Positions 26,143-38,510 of a DNA stretch of 55,772 nucleotides are shown here, one piece after another. Numbering within the stretch: position 1 is the first letter of the stretch; every line of letters starts with the position of its first letter. The notes beneath the pieces were generated by a model. It worked only from the letters and a program-made list of their open reading frames with translations. It was not told the origin of the DNA and ran no database searches. The translations under genes were made by a program, and so were the position numbers. The stretch comes from Macrostomum lignano (taxonomy: Eukaryota), in the NCBI GenBank assembly GCA_002269645.1, contig NIVC01004195.1, forward strand, positions 1 to 55,772, given 5' to 3'.

Positions 26143-28349
26143 CAAGCCTCAGCCTACAACGCTAGTCTTGTTCGTACGCCAATGTGCGTTTCCAGCAAGA
26201 CCCAGAAGGAAGATATTGTGCACTAAAATGAAGTCAAGCAGATGCACATTGTCAGTCACTGTTTGTCATAAATTCCTCATGTTTTTATTTATTTAATCAA
26301 GTCTCATAGAATTATGATCCATATTTATTTTATAACATTCAACTAGAATTATTTCCATCAAATTTTAATTGATAAGATCAGGGAAAAATCATGACGAACT
26401 TACAGGTAAAATTAGCACTTGGGATCATCTTTTGACTAAATTTCGTATAGCGCGTTTGCAAAAGAAATTACTGGGAGTTTTTCTAGCCTTTTTGTGGTTT
26501 TTGTGGGGACTTTGATGTCTAAGGACAGCATGCTTACACAGACTCAAGATTTGGAGCTTTTGTTAATGCTGCTGTCTATGCGTGAGCAGTCTTGATGGCG
26601 CTGGTCCTTTGGCCAATAAGGATGAACTTGGCATGCTCAATGATGATGTCCGTCGTGCAGATCCACTGTTGTCACAAGTTCACTTTGCCCCTTGACCAAG
26701 TTTCGTGTTTCAACAACATCAACTCAACTGCAAGTTACCAAGTGGGACTACGTATCGCAAGCAAATGCACAACTGTACGCCATGTCATCATTGCTCCAAG
26801 CTTATTTTCAACAGAGCTCGGAGGGCCTCGCTTCCCTGAAAAAAGAGCGACTGAAGTGAAACGAAGGCGCCGTTAGCAAGAGGATGGGAGAAATCAGCCG
26901 ACACGCGCGTGTTGCGTGAACAAGCATCCAGCCTTGGCAGCAACTCCCCAGATGCACAAGATCTGCATGCCTAAAAATAGTCCTGATGATCGGCGAGCAA
27001 GAAGCCCAGCCATGCGACCCTCGCGTGATGCATGCACAACCTCTGACCGACACTGCCTATTGGGCCTCGAAATCCCACTCTCTCTCTCCCTACTGCTCCT
27101 ATTCCTCGTTGCTCGCGTACAGTGTGCTAGCTTATAAAATATACTGATTGAAGAGGAAAGATCCTCGCCTGAAGTTTGAGAATGTGACTCTAGAGATCAC
27201 ACAGAGAAAGTTACCATCGAGTCCATTGTTCGTTGTCTTCCTGAACTGTTGGCAGAAGGAAACGATAATATGGGAAAAACCTATATAAATTTTCGTTTCA
27301 ATACTGTGCTGCCAGTGACACTTTCGTCTGTGGCTGAAATCGTATGGCCTGTAGGTGCAATTTCTCAAGCTTAAGGCCTGAACTGTAATGCCGAGTGAAA
27401 CTTTGGCCATAGACTATTATCTGCTTGTCCCAGCCATGGACTTCCATACATTTATCATTTATCAAGTCCATGTCCCAGCCCGCGTAGCTGGATCGCAGAA
27501 TTCAGAAAATTACAACGATTCAATATGGCTGGTAAGCATGCAAACAGTTTCGAAAAAAGCTTTATTGAGCGATCCATCTTGATCATTTAGTATCTGGGCC
27601 CGCTTGTACTTTTAGTCAACATCAAGAATTCGCTTTTTTGTCATACTCGTAGGTTTAAAGACTGGGTGGCTTTTCAAATAATAGTGGCTAACAAATAAAT
27701 CTGTCATTCTACGAGTATCCACTGGTCCTTGCCTCTTATCCACTGGTCCTTGCCTCTATCCACTGGTCCTTGCCTCTTATCCATCGGCGCCCAACGAATG
27801 GACCACGGAATACATCGCAGCTATTCCTCAGAAGCCGGCACAGCCTTGAGGAGGAGTATGAGGGCATCGATCTGCCTTCGGTCGTAGAGTAGTGGCACAA
27901 ATTTTGGCTTTTCGCTGAGGCATCGAAGAGGCGCGGATACGCTAGCAGATCCTGATGTTATCTTGGGGATTCGCAGATATACAGATTCACAGATTTGTAG
28001 TTTATGTATTTGTCGGTGGATAAGTACATATGCTGCGCTCCCAATTGTGAGCCATTGATTTGCTATAGAGCGCCCACCCCATTTTTCCGGCTCCGTACGT
28101 CAGCCGGCTTTCTCTCTCTAACTCTCGCCCCCTTATCTGTACTCGTAGTAAGCAAAGTGTACATTTACGACCACCACCCCACGCAATGCAGTAGTCGACT
28201 AAATATTAAATAAATAGCATCGTTTCGCCCACTGGGGCTTTCGTACTTCTTCGTGCAACTGCCAAATCATGCATTGAACTCTTACACCAATGGTGTGCCA
28301 AATCAGCTGGTTTCCGCCATCATGGCGATGTGCTGTGACACGAAACTGC

Positions 28350-28610
28350 GTGTCAACACCGGACGGCCTATCGAGACCGTTCTGCTTTACAACGCCGAGA
28401 CTTCTGGACGCTGACAGCTGTAGACTCGCTCGAGTAGCCGGATCAAGCGGCGCACGCCGGCCTGCTACTCGTCGACTTCAAGATAGGCGACAAACAAGTT
28501 CCAACGTGGCACCACTGTATCATCGCACCAGCACAGAGCGCCCAAGCGACCTGTTGTGCCATCGGCGAATCCAACTGGTTTTAGGCTTTCGTCAATGGTC
28601 GTTACTAATC
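28350..28610 (+). mobile_element. Degenerate non-LTR retrotransposon (RTE/RTE-X-like) RT C-terminal fragment
   Basis: Frame-shifted IETVLLYNAET-(W)TLT, followed by SNVAPLYHRTSTERPSDLLCHRRIQL, resembling the RTE motifs VLLYGxETWTL and SN.ELY...RRRRL.LAGH. Confidence 0.65.
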
Positions 28611-29084
28611 CTTGCCACTATCCCCGCCTCCATCAACAGTATTCAGGGCCTCGCGACTATGGCAATTTAATAATTATTTAAACGCAAGAACTGACACAGC
28701 ATTGTTTCTAATTTAAATTACTGATTTCTGATTTAATTTTCTCAATTTGCTTCAATTTCTTATTTATTTTAAGCGCATCGATAGCAGAATCAAAGCAAAT
28801 AATTGGTTAGCTTTTATATGCAGGACTGATTAGCAGTTTGCAACAGATGTAATCATGCAACAGCGGACACTAGAATTGAAATACAAGGCGGGAAGATGCT
28901 TAGATGAAGGTGCGATCAATATAGAGTTTTCTGTTGTGTTAGGATTATGATTTGTGTGGATAATTGGATTGATTGGCCTACATGTACGTACAATAACAAG
29001 TGGAGTGGGTTCGAATAAAACTTCAACATGCGAATGTCTTTCACGTTTCAGTCTTCTGGCTTGAATTCAGTGACCACGATATTA

Positions 29085-29552
29085 GTGACGATGGTCGTCA
29101 TGGTGGTGATGACCGTCATGATAATGATGATGACCGTCATGGTGACGGTGATGGTCGTCATGGTGATGGTGATGACCGTCATTGTGGTGGTGATGGTCGT
29201 CATGGTGATGGTGATGACCGTCATGGTGGTGGTGATGGTCGTCATGGTGATGGTGATGACCGTCATAGTGGTGGTGATGGTCGTCATGGTGATGGTGATG
29301 ACCGTCATTGTGATGGTGATGGTCGTCATGGTGATGGTGATCGTCATGGTGGTGGTGATGGTCGTCATGGTGATGGTGATGACCGTCATGGTGGTGGTCG
29401 TCGTCGTGGTCGTGATGACCATCATGGTGATGATGATCGTCATGGTGGTGGTGATGGTCGTCATGGTGATGGTAATGACCGTCATAGTGGTTGCGATGAC
29501 CTTCATGGCGGTGGCGATGGCCTTCATGGTGATGGTGATGGTCGTCATGGTG
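29085..29552. repeat. Triplet-periodic GGT/GAT/CAT repeat, open in several frames (His/Asp-rich on the minus strand)
   Basis: Units such as GGTGATGGTCGTCATGGTGATGGTGATGACCGTCAT. Confidence 0.9.
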
Positions 29553-31291
29553 GTGGCCGTCATTGGCTAGTTCGAAGAGCATCTCGCCAGTACTGATGGC
29601 GTCGGCCTTGGTCAGCAGGGCAGCGGCGCTCATCAGGCCGACTGCCAGAAGTGCGAACTACGAGCTCATTGCTAGCGGCGTAGTGGGTGGTCCTTTGCCA
29701 GTGAAAAACGTGGTGCTCTCGTATCTAGCAGATTCGGAAATTAGCTCAAATGCAGCTGCAGCTCTCACTTAAACTGCTGCGCTCGAGACTCAGCCCATCG
29801 AACCTGTCTCCACAGTCCAGTTTTGTCTGTGTAAAAAACCCTGGCGTTGATGCCACAAATACGTCTATGGCAATAAAACGAAATTAACTCATGGCTTCTT
29901 TAAACAGATATTTGTTTTTTTTCAATGCATTTCAGCGCAGAATTTGATTGAGGTCTTGCTATAGGCTGACTGTAGTAAATGCACTTTTTAAAATCAATAG
30001 ACTTTAAGAAGCAGCACACACGAGAACTGATGTCCCCAGTTGCTTAGTTGTACATGTATGTGTGGGCATGAAAAATATTGGACAACAACAACACATGATT
30101 TGCTCATGAATTCGTACGCACTGTGCCAGTCAGCCAGTGGCTATATTTATGTACAGGTGTGTTTTTGTACACGCCTTTTATACATATTGTCGCACTTTGA
30201 CAGTAAAATTGCAGTGCTAAATGGGGAGATACTTGGATATATGTAGGAGCATCGGTGTGGTTTTCGGCCTTGCTTTTTCCCTATAGTCATGCAGTGGAGA
30301 TGTGTGAATGATGATGTTCTGACTTTATCTTTCACTTAATGAGTACGAGGCTTTTCTCTAAAATTTACAATATATATATAAACCAGAATAATTGCATGGT
30401 TCTAAACCAGTACCTGTGTAGGAAAATGACAACCATCAACTTAACACAGCTATATACAGTGTAGGTAAAAATACTTTCAATTCACAAATATGAATTCTTT
30501 GATAAAGATATGAAGAGTTTTCGCCATTTTGGCTAGCTACCATGTATTCCTTATTTAATTTATTTAGAGACAAAGCAAGCCACGAAGAATGAAATTAGCT
30601 CAAAAGAATCGGTAACATAGCTTCCATAGCTTAGAAACTAAAACGCAGCAGTAAAACGAGAAAGTTTCGTTCAAGAAACAGCTAGTTTTGAGCCTGGAAA
30701 ATGAAACAAGCAAAATTAAAAGTTTCAAACTGATTCTTGTTCTGAATCGGGAATAAGCCTATATCCTGATAAGATAACAATCAGGATCTGCTAGCGTATC
30801 CGCGCCTCTTCGATGACTTGGCGAAAAGCCAGGATCTGCACCACTTACTCCACGACATTGAAGACAGTACAGTGTAGGCAGATGCGCGCCCTGATCATCG
30901 TAGAAAATGAAAACATTTTGGTGGATTGTTTAGTATAATAGGTAAACGGAGTGGAATAATGGTCAGACACTCGTGCGCCGAGCTAACGCACAGCGATGGT
31001 TGAATAGATTAATAATTAGCGGTTGCAGTGCGTGACAACGAAATCTGGCGAGCGCCAGCTTATGCGCGAGCCATAGACAATTCGTTGTCACGCTTTGACA
31101 TTTTTGAAACATTTGTTCAGCACATTTGAACTTTTTTAAAATCAAACAAAAATGAGAACCCAAGTTTCAATTTTTTAGGTCTGCTTATATACTTCTAGGC
31201 TTTCCAAAATTATAAGCAAAAGGTTTTAGGGACTATCTATCTTTAGATTGTCAACTCTTTTCTCAATGACAAACTGACTGAACCTACTCGG

Positions 31292-31795
31292 ATGAAAGTT
31301 CGTGATTCCACCTCTGAATGTCCCTTGATCACTTTGCCTTACTTTGGTGTTTGTTCTATAGAGTTTAAAAAGAAGTTAGAAAAGCTGCTCCGTAAAGACT
31401 TAAACACTCAAATCCGTGTTGTGTTTCGCACCGAAAAGATTGCTAAGTTCGTCTGCAAGTTGAAATCCAGTGTTCCACGTCCTCTCGCGGCTGGTGTCGT
31501 GTATAAATTTGTTTGCTCTGAGGACCAGAGCATCTCCTACATAGGAAAAACTAAACGACACTTATACACGAGGGTCAGAGAGCACTGGCTAAAAAACTCT
31601 GCTATTAACGAACACCTGCTAACCTGCAATTCTTGTTGTGAGGCTGAACCACACGAAATGATAAAGGCTATTGATTTTTGTAATAGAGATCACATGCTCT
31701 GCCTATTAGAAGCCCTGTACATTAAGACCAAACAGCCCACGTTAAATAACCAACTTGCGATGGGTGGGGCTAGCCGTCAACTCAGAATTTTTTAG
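31292..31795 (+). mobile_element. 5'-truncated Penelope-like retroelement, GIY-YIG endonuclease region
   Basis: ITLPYFG..IRVVF, GVVYKFVC...YIGKTKRHLYTRVREH, SAINEHL, LEALYIKTKQPTLNNQ, typical of the PLE C-terminal GIY-YIG domain. Confidence 0.9.
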
Positions 31796-33158
31796 GCAGT
31801 GGTTATTTTTACGGCTGAGCCGTAGATATAGCCCAAATACTAATTTTTACGGCTGGCCGTAGAAATGTCAAAAGTTGTTATTATTACGGCTGAGCCGTAA
31901 AAATAACGAATTTGTCTATTTTTACGGCCAGCCGTAGATATAACCTGGAACTACTATTTTTACGGCTGTCTGTAATTTATTCTTAATAGCCGTTTCAATA
32001 GCTGGCATTTAATTTCATGACAGTTTTTGAACTATTTTTACTATCCATACTAAAATCGTATTACCTGTATTTTACGATTCAATTGATACTATTTTCACTA
32101 CAGTACAAGTACAGTACAGTACTCTACACTACTCGAGAGACACGGGTGTACAATGTACATCTTGTCGCCGGATTTTCTGTCGCCGCTTTGACCATACGTC
32201 GTCGGATCGATCTTGTCACCGGTTTGGCACCGGTTTTTTACATCTGAAATGTAATTTTTATGGCAAAAAACATTAATGTTATTATCTCTACACATGTACT
32301 GAGAAATTCTAACTACTGCATGTCATCTGTATAGAAAACTCTGTAGAACAGTCAATGAGGAAGATAGAAATTAATACATAAGACAATTGGCATTGGCATT
32401 ATGGCATGGTTTTTTAAAGCGAAAAATGTATGTAAAAGTCATATACATGTAGAACACAATTTCTACTAATTTAGTCGCACCATGGAAATTTTAACCTTTA
32501 CATGTACCTCAAGGGGCACGTTTATGACGAGAATTGTAAAAAATGACATGGCACATTTAACAAAAAATGACCGCTGTGTATCCCAATAGAAACGCGCAAA
32601 GTTTTGGCCATGACACAGACTTTGCAAAAATGACAAATCCATGACACTTCCAAATTGCTCGATTTTTGTAAAACTTCCAGCCTCTCTGATAATATACTGT
32701 ATATACAGTATTCCGTAGTGTACGATCCTTTAAGCCTGTATTGGCGCACAACTGCACGACATTTGTGCAGTGCTGATAAATACTGTTAGACTAAAATTAA
32801 CGACTGTAAATACTTAGCAATTTATACAATAAACTTTACCATGTAATAAAACAACAGGGATCTTATATTCACATTAAATTAGTCTATAATAGAAGTAGTA
32901 TAGCTACTACTAAAGAAATTGTAAAAATCAGTTAAGTAGATTGTGTGGAAGAGAAAGTAGAAAGTGAGTTGCAGCATTTTAAGTTTGAATTTTGTTGAAC
33001 ATGCAAATAGTTGTATGTTGCAAACATAGATGGTTTATTCATATACGAGATTGCAAGCATAGCACATCTAATATGACAATTATATACTAAATCGTTTTAT
33101 AATATAAAATTATAAAACTTATTAAAAGTACATAATTAAGGCTATAATACGTAATACA

Positions 33159-34420
33159 CTGTCTTCTGTCATTTTTGGCACAATGTGCAATCGTCATATT
33201 TTACAGCTTGTGCAGCAGTCATTTTTACACAGCGAGCACTGCCAGAAAAGTAGTTAAACGCTACTGCAAGTAAAACCAACGGACATCAGAACCTACATTT
33301 GAAATAGCCGATAAAAAAAGGAACTATAATATAGTGTAAATAGAAGACTGTCTTCTGTCATTTTTGGCACAATGTGCAATCGTCATATTTTACAGCTTGT
33401 GCAGCAGTCATTTTTACACAGTGAGCACTGCCAGAAAAGTAGTTAAACGCTACTGCAAGTAAAACCAACGGACATCAGAACCTACATTTGAAATAGCCGA
33501 TAAAAAGGAGGAACAAAAACATATAGTGTAAATAGAAGACTGTCTTCTGTCATTTTTGGCACAATGTGCAATCGTCATATTTTACAGCTTGTGCAACTGT
33601 CATGTTTACACAAAAAAGACTGCCAGAAAAGTACTTCAACGCTACTGCAAGTAAAACCAACGGACTTCAGAACCTACATTTGAAATAGCCGATAAAAAGG
33701 AGGAACTATAATATAGTGTAAATAGAAGACTGTCTTCTGTCATTTTTTGGCACAATGTGCAATCGTCATATTTTACAGCTTGTGCAGCAGTCATTTTTAC
33801 ACAGCGAGCACTGCCGGAAAAGTAGTTAAACGCTACTGCAAGTAAAACCAACGGACATCAGAACCTACATTTGAAATAGCCGATAAAAAGGAGGAACAAA
33901 AACATATAGTGTAAATAGAAGACTGTCTTCTGTCATTTTTGGCACAATGTGCAATCGTCATATTTTACAGCTTGTGCAACTGTCATGTTTACACAAAAAA
34001 GACTGCCAGAAAAGTACTTCAACGCTACTGCAAGTAAAACCAACGGACATCAGAACCTACATTTGAAATAGCCGATAAAAAGGAGGAACTATAATATAGT
34101 GTAAATAGAAGACTGTCTTCTGTCATTTTTGGCACAATGTGCAATCGTCATATTTTACAGCTTGTGCAGCAGTCATTTTTACACAGCGAGCACTGCCGGA
34201 AAAGTAGTTAAACGCTACTGCAAGTAAAACCAACGGACATCAGAACCTACATTTGAAATAGCCGATAAAAAGGAGGAACAAAAACATATAGTGTAAATAG
34301 AAGACTGTCTTCTGTCATTTTTGGCACAATGTGCAATCGTCATATTTTACAGCTTGTGCAACTGTCATGTTTACACAAAAAAGACTGCCAGAAAAGTACT
34401 TCAACGCTACTGCAAGTAAA
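33159..34420. repeat. ~190-bp satellite, 6.6 copies, two alternating variants
   Basis: Unit starts at 33159, 33348, 33540, 33730, 33923, 34113 and 34305; order A,A,B,A,B,A,B. Confidence 0.95.
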
Positions 34421-35149
34421 ACCTTCCTTCAACATGCACTCCTTAGACTGTTCCTTCAACATGCAGGTCCTCGCTGTTAGATTTATCTGCCAGATGGCCA
34501 GACGACTGAGCTGGATTAATTAATTCACTTTGCAGAAATAATTCTTCCATTTCATGCATTGTTATAGGAGTATCAGTGAGTAGTTGTAAGAGACTATAAC
34601 TAGAGACTCCATTTTCTAGAGGCTCTGAAGGCAGCTCCATTTTCTGCAGGAACTCGGATAAGTCAGACCTGCTAGTGGCTCTGCAGAAGTTTTTTAGCCT
34701 TTAGCCATTGCACCTGGAAATTGCAAGTGTTTTTCAATGCGAAGCTCAATTTTAATAGTGACAAAACCCAAAATATAGCAGTAATTTTCAATATTGTTTG
34801 ATATAGTTATTCTACATTATTGTGCAATGCCATATGTACTAAGATATTTACTATTTACTTATATAAAATGCCGTTTTTATTTATATACCTATAAATATAG
34901 TTATACAAGCTGTTGAAACCCGCGGATTTTGAACCCGGGGAATTTCAATCCCCGGAACTATTTTTGCATGTATTCTGAAATCTAAGGCCATACACAAACA
35001 AAAACTTGTTAATAGTTAGTAGGATAGAGGTAGACATAAAATGGAGCACATTCGTGTAAAATTAGGGTTTGAGACATTGTTGGCTGGGGTACTGCGCAGA
35101 ATGTCAGGCAATGTCTGTCTGACTCTAAAACATATATTGCTAAACTCTG

Positions 35150-35475
35150 GTCTCTCCCTGACTCTCCCTACGTCCCTTGGATGCTTTAAAATTTCTATCG
35201 TCTCTTTGTTTCCTCTCATCTCTCTCGTCCCTCGTCTCTCCTCTCTCCTCTCTCCCCTCTTCTCTCGTATCTTCTCTCACCTCTTTCCTCTCTCTCCTCT
35301 CATTTCTTTTCTTGTTTTATCTCTTCTCTCTCCCCTCGTCGCTCGTCTCTTCCCTCACCTCTCTTCTCTCTTGTCTGCGTTTTTATTTCTCCTTTCTCTT
35401 CTTTTATCTTTTCTCTCTTATCTCTTCTCGTTTCTCTCTGCTCTTTCTCTCTCTCTCTCTCTTTCTCTCTCTCTG

Positions 35476-35570
<95 letters not shown>

Positions 35571-36350
35571 TCTCCTCTCCCATCTCTCTTCTCCTCTCTA
35601 CTCTCTCCCTTCTTCATTCTCCTATTTCCTCTTCTCTCCCTGTCTCTCCTCTCTCCTCTAGTCTCTGTAATCTCTTCTCTCTTATCTCTCCTCTGTTCTC
35701 TCTACTCTCCCATCTCTCGTCTGTTCACCCTCATCTCTGCTCTCTCATCTGTCATCTTTACTCTCTAATACGTTCTCTCACTTATCTCCTCTGTACTCTT
35801 CTCTTTCACCTCTTCTGACTCCTCTCTTTCCTTACTCCTCTCTTCTTTTCTCTTCCCTCTTCTATACTCTCTCTCCTCTAATATCTTCTCTCGTCTCTCT
35901 GCACTCTCCTCTCACCTTTTTCATCTCTCATCTTTACTCTCTCATCTCTCATTTCATTTGTCTCATCTCTACAATCTCATCTCTCCTTTCTCCCTCTTCT
36001 TACACCCCTCTCTTATCTCTATCTCTTCTCTTCTCACTCCTCTCTCCCCCTCTTATCTCCTCTCTTCTCTATCCTTTCTACTCTCTCCTCTCCTCTTGAC
36101 CCTCTGTCATCTTCTTTCTGCTCTCTCATCTCTACTCTCTTCTCACTCTTCTCTACTCTCCTCTCATCGATCCTCTGTCTCATCTCTCCCCTCTTCTCAC
36201 CTTTACTCTTTCCTCTCCCTCCTTTCTCCCCTCCTCTCGCTTCTTCCTCCCTTCTTCTCTGCTCTCTCCTCACCACTTGTCTCTCCTCTTATCTTCCATG
36301 TTTTCTCTTATCCCCGTCTCGCCTCTCCTCTCTTCTAATAGTCTATTCCT
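35150..36350. repeat. CT-rich low-complexity tract with a pure (CT)n core near 35486-35566
   Basis: Read directly. Confidence 0.95.
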
Positions 36351-36555
36351 TCCTTTCCACTCTCATCTGGCCCGCACATAAGCTGGATTCCTTATCTGGC
36401 TTTTGAAGTAAAAGTCTGCCGATCCCTGCTTCGAAAGCCAGTTTGTGGGACGTACTACTCTCATCGTTATTCTCATGCTTTGATCACGTCATCTTTCTTG
36501 CCAATTTGCAGCCCTGAAAGGAATTTGTGTATCTTCAGCTCCACTGCAGTCTGCA
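36325..36555 (+). repeat. Dispersed repeat; diverged inverted copy at ~40440-40730
   Basis: Shared anchors GCTTCGAAAGCCAGTTTGT / ACAAACTGGCTTTCGAAGC and TTTGATCACGTCATCTT / AAGATGACGTGATCAAA; both copies abut CT/AG-rich tracts. Confidence 0.8.
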
Positions 36556-36847
36556 TCAGTCTAACAACCAATGAAATATGCATTTCTTAGGCCATTTAAA
36601 TTTCAAAGTACTTTTAAGAGAAACTTAAAATTTCAATGGTGTGCCTAATTTAGTAGGGTTGTATTTCATTGCATCGCATCGCCTTTTCATAAATCTTTCG
36701 CTTTTACAAACCATGCTGGATTCCCTCGATTTGCCAATTGCCATCCAGTGTTAAACTGCTGCAGAGTTTGCCAATACAGAGGGGAGGGCAGTGGTTAGAA
36801 TTTCTCACTAAACCGCCATGGCTAAACGTAGCCTCTCCACTCTCGGG

Positions 36848-37780
36848 TAGGGATTCCAAAATCCCGACATTTTACAATCCCGGGATTGAATAGTCCCGAA
36901 ATCCCGATGCTGTTGAAATCCCGGGATTCAAAATCCCGGAATCCCGGTGCTTTTGCAATCCCGGGATTAAAAATCCCGGGATTCGATTCCCAAAAAAATC
37001 CCGGGATTCAAATCCCGGATTTTTGGCCCCAATCCCGGGATCCCGGGATCCCGGGATTGGAATCCCTAAATTGCTAGACGGACTGTGCGGCGTGCCGCGT
37101 GCAGTAGTCATGGTCTCGCGACTCTCAGAGTCTCAGGGCCTTTTCATATTACCAATTCCAGAACCAGAATCGGTTCGGAATTCGAAGAAAAACAGCAGTA
37201 TAACTATTAAACTCTATTAATATTTGACTGCCTTAACAGCCTCACTTAGCACAATTTTTCACTTTCTTCTTGGCGACTGTCATTCAATAATAAAAACTTT
37301 ATAGCACGTATCTCCCTCTAGTTATGGAGACAAAAAGTTTATACTTCACAAATTGGTTCTTGTTCTGGAACCAGAGCAAGCAATATGAAAAGGCCCTCAG
37401 TCTCGTCTCGTGGTAGAAAACGAAAAAAAAGTTAAAATTATCTATAATTTACAGTTCACATTAACAATTTTTAGCTCAATTAGGACAGGAGCTTTGCAAA
37501 TGTTTAACGTTTCATTGAGAAACAGCAAAAACAAATAAATGTTTTATTATTCAAATAAACGTTTAGACTTTAAATTATCTAATTTAGGCATTGAAAGGTC
37601 GTTCTAATCCCGGACCAATCCCGGGATTAAGGCCTTGAAATCCCGGGATCCCGATCCCGGTCTTTTGCAATCCCGGGATTAAAAATCCCGGGATTCGATT
37701 CCCAAAAAAATCCCGGGATTCAAATCCCGGATTTTTGGCCCCAATCCCGGGATCCCGGGATCCCGGGATTGGAATCCCTA
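36848..37780. mobile_element. Non-autonomous hAT-type element
   Basis: TIR TAGGGATTCC...GGAATCCCTA; exact 8-bp TSD CTCTCGGG (36840-36847, 37781-37788); AATCCCGGGATT subterminal palindromes. Confidence 0.9.
37136..37396. mobile_element. PIF/Harbinger-like MITE nested in the hAT element
   Basis: TIR GGGCCTTTTCATATT / AATATGAAAAGGCCC with a 3-bp TSD TCA. Confidence 0.8.
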
Positions 37781-37929
37781 CTCTCGGGGTGCAGAGAAGG
37801 CTATAAATAAAGTTATTCCAAAACACTGTACATTTGCTATGTACATTCAGTCCTATCGCCCGACCCTTCGTCTGGGCTGGGGGAATGAGCGAGTGAGAGG
37901 CACAAACAACAGAAAAAGCAGACAAAATT

Positions 37930-38510
37930 CACATGCTTACAGTTTCTGTCCTGATTGAGATACAGAGTTGAGACTTTACATGTAGGCAGAGAATGAGTCA
38001 ATAAAGAATTGTGTCAAATTTGAAGTCAATCGCTTCACGTGGAGCAAAACTATGGCAGCCGAAAGTTAGGCATTTTAAAACCTACTCACACCCTTTGCCC
38101 AGATCGGGAAAGAGAGGCAGGCGGGCGGAGGTTGGGGTGGCTGCCTCGCTGAAAAAAACAGCCAAACTTTAAAAGTGCACAGCGCCATTCAGGATTAACT
38201 TTCAGACTCGAACTTTTACATGATTGTGCCAAAATAGTTTAAGATTATCTGTGTCAAATTTGAAGAGAATCGGTAGAAGTGGAGCGGCGCTATGGAGGAT
38301 TTAGTGAAAAAATTGCGCATTTTGAGCAGTTTTTTGCACTTTTAGGTAGGAAGACTCAAATTTAGGAAATTAAAAGGTAGCCTAAGACATTCTCCGTAGT
38401 AAGTTTAGGGTGGGTGTAAAGTTTGGTGTCATTTGGTTGAGCGGTTTGGGAGTCCATAGCGAAGTAATTTGTCCACAGACAGACAGAGTTTTGATTTTTA
38501 TAGGTAGAGA
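37930..38510 (+). mobile_element. Possible non-autonomous Helitron/HINE-like fragment
   Basis: Repeated TGTGTCAAATTTGAAG..AATCG, then GAGCGGTTT...ACAGACAGACAGA and a T-rich/TAG end; resembles Lep1/HINE architecture (from memory). Confidence 0.4.

Noticed and set aside
26580-27410. Possible decayed coding or transposase fragments
   Set aside because: No motif could be identified in any frame; left unannotated.
35041-36338. Leu/Ser-rich or Arg/Glu-rich ORFs
   Set aside because: Translations of the CT/AG low-complexity tract.
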